Shown here one piece after another: positions 57,835 through 64,000 of a stretch of 64,000 nucleotides of DNA. The notes beneath the pieces are model-generated. The model was not told the DNA's origin. It made no database searches and saw nothing but the letters and a program-made list of their open reading frames with translations. Where the stretch lies: positions 732,619 through 796,618 of the forward strand of contig CP064958.1 of the NCBI GenBank assembly GCA_016699085.1, in the 5' to 3' direction. Each line of letters begins with the position of its first letter. Positions within the stretch are counted from its first letter, which is position 1. Origin of the DNA: Candidatus Nomurabacteria bacterium. Its GTDB lineage: Bacteria > Patescibacteriota > Minisyncoccia > Phycocordibacterales > UBA9973. The position numbers and the translations under genes are program-made.

Positions 57835-58327
57835 TCATATTATCTATTTAATTTTATTGTTACTACCGGCTGGTATTGCAAATATGACGCCTGTTTTTTT
57901 GCAGAAATTGCCATATGCTAGACCCATCGATAATAGAAAGACCTACAAAGGTAGACGTATCACCGGAGATAACAAAACCTGGCGCGGTTTATTAGGAGGA
58001 ATTATACTTGGGACACTAGCAGCATCTATTGAAGGGATGTTTTTTGCATTTCCAGCAACTCCACTACTGTGGGGATTGACCATTAGTACAGGCGCACTTA
58101 TCGGAGACATTATAGAAAGCATGATTAAAAGAAGGCTGGGTAAACAACCAGGTACCGCGTGGCATCCCTTTGATGAAATTGACTGGTTGCTAGGAGCCCT
58201 TATTTTTGGTAGTTTTCTCTATGCATTTGACGTTATGTCATGGCTATTGGTAATAACCATTGGAGCAATACTCCACACCCTTATAAATTATCTTAGGAAA
58301 AGATTATTGTATTATTTTTCTGCCTAA
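57821..58327 (+). CDS. short CTP-transferase (CarS/DUF46-like, CdsA C-terminal-half-like) membrane protein
   Basis: 168 aa, 5 TM; GDNKTWRG and SMIKRRLGKQPG...HPFDEID resemble the CdsA C-terminal motif SxxKRxxG(x)KDxG...H..D..D. Overlaps the preceding gene by 14 nt. Confidence 0.55.
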   Translation: MINLSHIIYLILLLLPAGIANMTPVFLQKLPYARPIDNRKTYKGRRITGDNKTWRGLLGGIILGTLAASIEGMFFAFPATPLLWGLTISTGALIGDIIESMIKRRLGKQPGTAWHPFDEIDWLLGALIFGSFLYAFDVMSWLLVITIGAILHTLINYLRKRLLYYFSA

Positions 58328-58942
58328 GAGACCTTCGATAATCGCATAGGTCACTGAGGTACTTTTTGGAGAGAGATTAAAGAGGATGCCGATAGTAAAC
58401 AAAAAGAGCGCAAGACTTGTATCAATAATCGAAATAAGTATTGCTACTGCTGCGCAGAAAACTGGGAATAAAATCCTTGTATAGGCATGCATATTTTCGG
58501 TTAGGGTAATTTCAATTTTCTCAATATTTTTTGAATGCTCAACATATTTGCGCATGGCATATAAGCTCATCCCAATAAATATAACATTGAGAGCAAAGAC
58601 TACCACCGGGACCTGGAACATGCTGTGGTTACCTAAAAAATGCGCAGAGAATGGAATAAGTGCAACAAAAAAGAAAAAGATTGCATTGATATTAGTGAGC
58701 TTTATATCAATAGTCTTTGCATAGACAGATGCGATAAAGTGATGACTTCTCCAATAGGTAAACAAGAGTGCAAACGCTAAAAGATAACTCATAAATAACG
58801 GGAAGAGTGCCACCAATGATTGTGCAAGCAATCTTTCCGAAACATATCCTGTAAAGTCTGGTACCCGTATCTCGAATACCAGAAGCGTCATGACGATTGC
58901 AAAGATGCCATCCGCTAACTGATCTAAGCGTGATTGTTTCAT
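58304..58942 (-). CDS. TMEM175/DUF1211-family putative K+ channel
   Basis: LADGIFAIVMTLLVFEI matches the family signature (R)xxxFSDGxxAIxxTLLVLE; 6 TM. Confidence 0.65.
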   Translation of the reverse strand: MKQSRLDQLADGIFAIVMTLLVFEIRVPDFTGYVSERLLAQSLVALFPLFMSYLLAFALLFTYWRSHHFIASVYAKTIDIKLTNINAIFFFFVALIPFSAHFLGNHSMFQVPVVVFALNVIFIGMSLYAMRKYVEHSKNIEKIEITLTENMHAYTRILFPVFCAAVAILISIIDTSLALFLFTIGILFNLSPKSTSVTYAIIEGLLGRKIIQ

Positions 58943-59079
58943 ATATAGCTAAAGTATAGCAAAAAACTCTTTTTAATTACATGTTATTATGAGAAAAATG
59001 AGGTTATTTACAAATTAATGTATTTGTAGTATAGTATAAATAATAAATTCACACATTCTTTGTTAAAAAAAATAAACGT

Positions 59080-60606
59080 ATGAAAAACTTACTCGTACTC
59101 ACAATGACGATTCTAATCGCAATATGTGAACTTAATGCCCAGATAAACCAGCAAGTTTTCATCGGCGGCGGGGGAATTGATAATCAAACCCTAGCAATAA
59201 AGTCAGGCAACTTCTATTATATTGGTAATGCCACTAATTCAGATGATGGCGATTTTATTGGCAATGAAAATAGTAACAAGGCATTTGGTCTAACAAAATT
59301 AGATGTCAATTTTAACAAAGTTTCGTCGTGGTGTTATGGAGGAGTATTAGATGACCACCCATATGCCATAACTGCAAACGATGACGAGGGTGTGACTATG
59401 TTTGGTTACACTGATATGGGAGTAACATCCAACAGAGGGGTTGATATGAGTATTATTAATCTAAATTCTGATGGAGACACGATCTGGACTCGCCACTTTG
59501 GTGGTCCAGGCACTGATGTTGGATATACTGTTAATAAGACATTAGATGGATATCTACTGTCAGGAACAAGTGGAACTGTAGGTGGTGATGTAACTAAGTT
59601 TAATGGAGGCATCCATGACGCCTGGATTTTGAAGATTGATGATAATGGCAATATAACAAAAAATATACCCATTGGCGGGTCAGGTCAGGAAGATTTTCAC
59701 AAGGCGATTGAGGTTGGCGATGGGTATCTGTTCGTCGGCACCACCAATTCAACAGACAGTGTTTTTAAAGACGTACCATTCTATGGCGAATACGATGGCC
59801 TTATTGCAAAGACCGACTTTGATGGAAATATAATCTGGATTAAAAAGTTTGGAGGCGAAGGCCAAGATTACCTTTTTGATGTTATTAAAAAGGGAGATCT
59901 GTTTTACATTGTGGGAACGACTAGCTCCACAAGTATTAATGGAATACCCTCGGGCCTTCATGGCATAACTGATGTACTTGTCATAGTTATCGATTCATAT
60001 GGGAATCTGCAAAATACACATTGCTACGGTGGAACCGGTCAGGATAATGGCTACGCCATAGCTCAAACCCAAGCTGGCAGTATTGTCCTTGGGGGTAGTA
60101 CCAAATCAAATGATGGTGATGTTACAGGCAATTATGGTAGTGCTGATACATGGATTGTTACTATTGATACAAGTGGCTCAGTAACGAGCAAATGTTACGG
60201 CGGATCTGCATATGACAATGGAGGTACTGTAGCTCTAATTTCAGACAGTGGAAAACTCATCGTCGCTACCTATACTGAAAGTGTAAATAGTGGCGATATT
60301 GATGGTGACCACGCAAGTGGAGATGCATGGGTATTTTGTATTGGGGATCTTGCTACAAATACTAACCCAATCAAACTCACTTCTTCCCTGACAGTTTATC
60401 CTAACCCAGCTTTTGAGAAAATATACGTACATCTTTCAGAGCCCGGAGTGCACACATTAGTCCTCTCTGACATTAGTGGAACAATAATCAACAAATTCAC
60501 TATTATCGGGAAAAAAGGAGAGATAGAGCGTGGCAATGTAGCATCTGGTATGTACTTCCTCAACGAAGTCGGTAAACCAGGAATTACAAAGATTTTATTT
60601 AAGTAA
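59080..60606 (+). CDS. secreted beta-propeller-repeat protein with T9SS-type (Por_Secre_tail-like) C-terminal sorting domain
   Basis: Signal peptide; repeated (G)T..S.D.D(I)...D..GN..W(T/I)..FGG modules; C-terminal LTVYPNPAFEKIYV...GMYFLNEVGKPGITKILFK. Confidence 0.55.
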   Translation: MKNLLVLTMTILIAICELNAQINQQVFIGGGGIDNQTLAIKSGNFYYIGNATNSDDGDFIGNENSNKAFGLTKLDVNFNKVSSWCYGGVLDDHPYAITANDDEGVTMFGYTDMGVTSNRGVDMSIINLNSDGDTIWTRHFGGPGTDVGYTVNKTLDGYLLSGTSGTVGGDVTKFNGGIHDAWILKIDDNGNITKNIPIGGSGQEDFHKAIEVGDGYLFVGTTNSTDSVFKDVPFYGEYDGLIAKTDFDGNIIWIKKFGGEGQDYLFDVIKKGDLFYIVGTTSSTSINGIPSGLHGITDVLVIVIDSYGNLQNTHCYGGTGQDNGYAIAQTQAGSIVLGGSTKSNDGDVTGNYGSADTWIVTIDTSGSVTSKCYGGSAYDNGGTVALISDSGKLIVATYTESVNSGDIDGDHASGDAWVFCIGDLATNTNPIKLTSSLTVYPNPAFEKIYVHLSEPGVHTLVLSDISGTIINKFTIIGKKGEIERGNVASGMYFLNEVGKPGITKILFK

Positions 60607-60612
60607 CCATAT

Positions 60613-60640
60613 ACAAGTAAAGCTCTGACTATTCAGAGCT
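60613..60640 (+). terminator. terminator aaagctctga ctat tcagagcttttt
   Basis: Immediately after the stop of 59080..60606. Confidence 0.6.
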
Positions 60641-60659
60641 TTTTTATTTGCGTATTTAT

Positions 60660-61694
60660 TTATTGACCAAATCTTCTTTGGCGCAATGTATAGTCTTCAA
60701 TTGCAAGCTTGAGTTCCCCGGGTGTAAAATCTGGAAAATGTAATGGTGTAAAATAAAGCTCTGCATACACGCCCTGCCACGGGAAAATACCTGATAATCG
60801 TTGTTCACCAGAAGTACGGATAATGAGATCAACATCAGGAAAACCTTGGGTATCTAGTGCGTTTGAAAAGTTTTCTTCGTCAGTGATTTCTTTGGTGCCT
60901 TTGATCTTCTCTACTGCACGCAGTATTTCATCACGGCCACCATAGTCGAGTGCAATAGCAAAATGTTTCTGTCCGATATCTTTAGTTTTACTTTCAAGCG
61001 AATCAAATAACGTCACAATTTCTGGCGAGAGTCTATCTTTACGACCGAAATGATGGAAACAAATTTTACTTTTAATAAACTCGTTTTCAAGTTTCTCAAA
61101 TTCGCTCTTTGTTGCTGCCATAAGCCACGACACTTCTTGTTCACTTCGTTTCCAATTCTCAGTTGAAAATCCCCAGAAGGTTAGATGCGTCACATCAAGT
61201 TCAGGTAATATTTTGACGATTTCACGTAATCGTTCAATCCCCTCTTGATGTCCACGCCAGCTTGGGTAGCCTTGTTCTTTTGCCCAGCGCCTGTTGCCGT
61301 CTGGAATAATAGCGACATGTTTAGGGAAAAGTATTTCTACTTCTTTCTCAACTCGACCAAACGCTCGTTTGGCCAAATGTTTCAATGCTTCCTTTTTGTC
61401 GAGTAAATAGTCATCTGCGACACGTTCGATGCCGAAACGAGTATAGGTTTTAGTGACATCACGCCACTCATACGAGAGTCCGTGCACATGGGATAAGAGT
61501 GAGCCACGATAACACCAATCAAGTAATTTACGGAGCCTGGCTTCATCGCCTTGGGCAATAATCTCTACGCGTCCATCTGGTAGATTTCTACTTGTCCCCA
61601 CGATACCGTATTCATCTGCAACACGTTTGGTTGCTCGACGAAAAAGCACGCCTTGGACGCGACCGGAAACTAGTATATGAAGCTCTTGATGCAT
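60660..61694 (-). CDS. uppS: acylphosphatase-domain / undecaprenyl-pyrophosphate synthase (cis-prenyltransferase) fusion
   Basis: N-terminal AcyP signature VSGRVQGVLFRR...DGRVEIIAQG; UppS motifs IIPDGNRRWA and RTSGEQRLS. Confidence 0.85.
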   Translation of the reverse strand: MHQELHILVSGRVQGVLFRRATKRVADEYGIVGTSRNLPDGRVEIIAQGDEARLRKLLDWCYRGSLLSHVHGLSYEWRDVTKTYTRFGIERVADDYLLDKKEALKHLAKRAFGRVEKEVEILFPKHVAIIPDGNRRWAKEQGYPSWRGHQEGIERLREIVKILPELDVTHLTFWGFSTENWKRSEQEVSWLMAATKSEFEKLENEFIKSKICFHHFGRKDRLSPEIVTLFDSLESKTKDIGQKHFAIALDYGGRDEILRAVEKIKGTKEITDEENFSNALDTQGFPDVDLIIRTSGEQRLSGIFPWQGVYAELYFTPLHFPDFTPGELKLAIEDYTLRQRRFGQ

Positions 61695-61792
61695 AGTGAC
61701 TAGTATGCCATAAAAAATATATTTTGTGGATACACAATAATAGGCATTTGCATTAATTCCTAAAAAGGTATACGTTAGAGAGAAAAAATATT

Positions 61793-62329
61793 ATGGCAAC
61801 TCCATGGCTAATATTTACTTATTGGGAAGAAAGTTCGGAATCCAGTATTCAAGCACCAGTGTTTTCCTTGGACGGATTTGCAGCAAAAATAATAAACTCA
61901 GAAAAAATATACTCAATATTACCCTATCATGACTACTTCTATGAGGAAGAAATTATGGATCAGTTTGAGCCAGAGCAAATAATTGATAGAGTAGGTGAAC
62001 TTATATCTGAAGTAGAAAATGATATATTTTTAATTATCTTGCCAATCGATAAATTTGACCCTGTACTTAATGTAGTTCGGAGAGAATTCTTTGACAATGA
62101 AGATAGGGTAAGTATAAATGATCTTTATTCAAATAGAATTTTAAATATTCATATTTGTAACAAATCAATCAACGGCAATGATTTTTTTGAAAAATACTTA
62201 CTTGTTAAAATTGTGGAAACTAATCAATATACTATTTATCCTGTAAGATATTTTTTAGCTAATAATACTCATATTCCTCAAAAATTTTCTTCTGAGTTAA
62301 CATCACCTGAAAATATAACTTTGTCCTAA
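61793..62329 (+). CDS. hypothetical protein (178 aa)
   Basis: ORF track; terminator aacagcgcatatgcgctgtt downstream. Confidence 0.35.
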   Translation: MATPWLIFTYWEESSESSIQAPVFSLDGFAAKIINSEKIYSILPYHDYFYEEEIMDQFEPEQIIDRVGELISEVENDIFLIILPIDKFDPVLNVVRREFFDNEDRVSINDLYSNRILNIHICNKSINGNDFFEKYLLVKIVETNQYTIYPVRYFLANNTHIPQKFSSELTSPENITLS

Positions 62330-62513
62330 ACAGCGCATATGCGCTGTTTTCTGTTAGAGTGTTCTTGTTAATCCATACCTTGTAAATAAATCAATTTTTT
62401 GGTATTCTCCTACTGTCCAGTTTAATTCTGGTCAAGGGCTGCCCATAGCTGTTTTGGTAAATAACAGAATTGGGGCCATTGGAAGTTGAGTGAAGATAAT
62501 AAGAAATATGTTT

Positions 62514-62586
62514 GGGCCCATAGCTCAGTTGGTAGAGCAGCGCTTTTGCAAAGCGAAGGTCAGGAGTTCGAATCTCCTTGGGTCCA
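62514..62586 (+). tRNA. tRNA-Ala(TGC)
   Basis: Acceptor GGGCCCA/TGGGTCC with G3:U70 Ala identity pair; D-arm GCTCAGTTGGTAGAGC; anticodon loop TTTGCAA; T-loop TTCGAAT. Confidence 0.85.
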
Positions 62587-62600
62587 CAAAAGACACAAAC

Positions 62601-62618
62601 ATCTCGCCTGCGCGGGAT
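62601..62618 (+). other. hairpin atctcgc-CTGC-gcgggat immediately 3' of tRNA-Ala
   Basis: 7-bp stem (one G-U) with CUGC tetraloop in tRNA sense. Confidence 0.5.
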
Positions 62619-62734
62619 TTTGTGCTTTTGGGGAAGGTCGGAAGTATATTTTCTCCCCAGAGAAAATGACTGAGCCAGGGTCGTGAAATTTTATCGAGAC
62701 GGCGATAAAATTATTCCTGACCACAACACCAGTT

Positions 62735-63688
62735 TTACTTTCTCCCTAAAACCGAATCAATAGTATGCGTGATAAATTCTTGTATTGATGAACCCACGGG
62801 TTCAAATGATTTCGATAATGTCCCCCGTTCGTGCCAGACCGGCTGACTGTTAGCATGAGTAAAATGAAGTCCTTTTGGTGAGAGTATGAAGTGCAATTCA
62901 CTATAATGTCGAAGTCCTAACTGCTCATACATTTTCTTGGCATGTTCAGCAATAATTTTCTGGTCAATAGATTCCAGTCTTGCTGGTGAGATTAATAATG
63001 ATTCTTTCTCTTTGTATTCTACCGGCAAGAAGGCATATGTTCTCTCGTTGCGAAAATTATCTGCAACTACTATCGATAGTTTTCTGCCGGCAATATACTC
63101 TTCAACCAACATATCACCAGGCTCCTCGCTTAACATTTGTAAACTCGCGATAAGCTCAGGAACTGTTCGAGCGACAAAAGGCTGATTGATTGGATTGTAT
63201 TTCATCGGCATGACGAGCCATGGTGGTGGCATACGTTTGAAAACAAACGATGCGGCTTCATCGATATAGGCATGACGATCAAGTTCATCTTGTGTTCGAT
63301 AGTCAGGAATATGAACATCATCCGGCACGTGTATTCCTAGAGTATCTGCTTGGTTTTTCGCCATGCGCCGATGCGTCGCAATAGCATGTGAGAATGCTTG
63401 CTGTCCGACATACGGCAGGCCGGTTTGTTCGAGGGATTGCATGAGGCCATGATTAGTCTCATGTACTGCATTCCAGATAACATCAACACGTTTGGCTATA
63501 TCTAGCATCGACGTACGCAATCCTCGAGTATGGTACCCATCAGTATCCAAGAGAATGTCATGTGGTTCAAATTTTGTTCGATCAATATGTGCTAATAATA
63601 CACTCCCTGTCTCTAGGGATTCGTTAAATGAATCATCTGTGCCACCACGAATAATACCAACGCGAATCATATCTCTAGTATAGAGCAA
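62735..63688 (-). CDS. ddl: D-alanine--D-alanine ligase family (ATP-grasp)
   Basis: IRVGIIRGG N-terminus; ATP-grasp E..I.G.E region (MLVEEYIAGRKLS); 317 aa. Confidence 0.7.
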   Translation of the reverse strand: MLYTRDMIRVGIIRGGTDDSFNESLETGSVLLAHIDRTKFEPHDILLDTDGYHTRGLRTSMLDIAKRVDVIWNAVHETNHGLMQSLEQTGLPYVGQQAFSHAIATHRRMAKNQADTLGIHVPDDVHIPDYRTQDELDRHAYIDEAASFVFKRMPPPWLVMPMKYNPINQPFVARTVPELIASLQMLSEEPGDMLVEEYIAGRKLSIVVADNFRNERTYAFLPVEYKEKESLLISPARLESIDQKIIAEHAKKMYEQLGLRHYSELHFILSPKGLHFTHANSQPVWHERGTLSKSFEPVGSSIQEFITHTIDSVLGRK

Positions 63689-63708
63689 TAAATGAAATGC
63701 GAACAGGG

Positions 63709-64000
63709 CTATGATGGAAGAAAATTTTTCGATCGTTTCTTTTTATGAAAAGTAATTCCGAATCGGTGTGCCTCACTGTTTGCCAAAAGTATTGCTGCGT
63801 CTTTATTTTTAAATACTGTTTTCTCTCCGAGTATTTCGCGTGCTTTACCCGCCGAATTTTTTTTATTTACTTTGCCTGTAAAGTCAGAGAGAGATTCATT
63901 CAATAAACTCTCAGATGATAGATTGTCTGTATTTGTGTATAAAATTTTTGCGGGCTTATGACGATCATCCTTGACGACCGCTACGACTGGTATCGGGAAC
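63709..64000 (-). CDS. partial CDS (N-terminus lies beyond window end), hypothetical
   Basis: Own translation: the frame of ORF 63709..63903 (listed with a TTG start) stays open on the minus strand up to position 64000. Confidence 0.35.
   Translation of the reverse strand, partial: FPIPVVAVVKDDRHKPAKILYTNTDNLSSESLLNESLSDFTGKVNKKNSAGKAREILGEKTVFKNKDAAILLANSEAHRFGITFHKKKRSKNFLPS

Noticed and set aside
62486-62686. 66-aa ORF on plus strand
   Set aside because: Overlaps tRNA-Ala (62514..62586); spurious.
1-64000. CRISPR arrays, rRNA, tmRNA, RNase P RNA, SRP RNA
   Set aside because: No regularly spaced direct repeats and no recognisable conserved motifs of these RNAs found by eye. The 32035..32395 unit was considered for an sRNA but matches none of the known families I can recognise.

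Overview
This is an AT-rich, gene-dense bacterial window of about 85 protein-coding genes, mostly on the minus strand, with short intergenic regions and frequent start/stop overlaps. The organism looks like a Candidate Phyla Radiation (Patescibacteria/Parcubacteria-like) genome, but that is inference. The basis is the domain content (lamin-tail-domain surface protein, DUF5667-type anti-sigma after an ECF sigma, PrsW, a soluble VirD4/TraG-like ATPase, a C-terminally short ValRS, dispersed gatB), the AT-richness and weak Shine-Dalgarno signals.

Recognisable housekeeping genes: gap, gatB, obg, ychF, lepA, leuS, valS, tsaD, gmk, rmuC, cspA, a DEAD-box helicase, an ABC-F ATPase, murJ, ddl, type-II NADH dehydrogenase, a family-4 UDG, hsp20, an ECF sigma factor, an AcyP-UppS fusion, a MYG1-family protein, a PIN-PhoH (PhoH2) protein and a SWIB protein. 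I could not recognise any rRNA, CRISPR array, transposase or integrase.

Eight tRNA genes were found by reading the sequence: Ser-CGA, Glu-TTC, Val-GAC, Phe-GAA, Arg-CCT, Gly-CCC and Ala-TGC, plus several tRNA-like partial copies.

Main hunt results:
- Almost every tRNA locus carries tRNA-derived debris arranged in one recurring way. A 125-185 bp insert sits immediately 3' of the tRNA and is closed by a 13-26 bp direct repeat of the tRNA 3' terminus (Ser, Val, Phe, Gly). Several loci also have degenerate 5' or partial copies (Ser, Glu, Val, Arg).
- A family of AU-rich hairpins shares a CUGC tetraloop in tRNA-sense orientation at four tRNA loci (Ser, Val, Phe, Ala). This points to a small non-autonomous element or RNA motif that targets tRNA genes.
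- A 32-nt structured repeat occurs twice, 28 kb apart.
- A perfect 50-bp palindrome lies just upstream of the udg start.
- A strongly promoted, terminated small-ORF or sRNA unit lies between a hypothetical gene and the tRNA-Arg locus.
- An uncharacterised two-gene operon encodes a 228-aa protein and a 676-aa GHKL/Hsp90-MORC-like ATPase.
- A four-gene minus-strand operon encodes an AI-2E transporter, a membrane PAS sensor, a soluble VirD4/TraG-like ATPase with a roughly 230-aa proline-rich tail, and a lamin-tail-domain surface protein.
- A CDP-alcohol phosphatidyltransferase gene overlaps a short CarS/CdsA-C-terminal-like cytidylyltransferase gene.
- A beta-propeller protein carries a Bacteroidota-type T9SS C-terminal sorting domain.
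- An acylphosphatase domain is fused to undecaprenyl-pyrophosphate synthase.

All calls come from reading the sequence and the supplied ORF translations. No database search was run.
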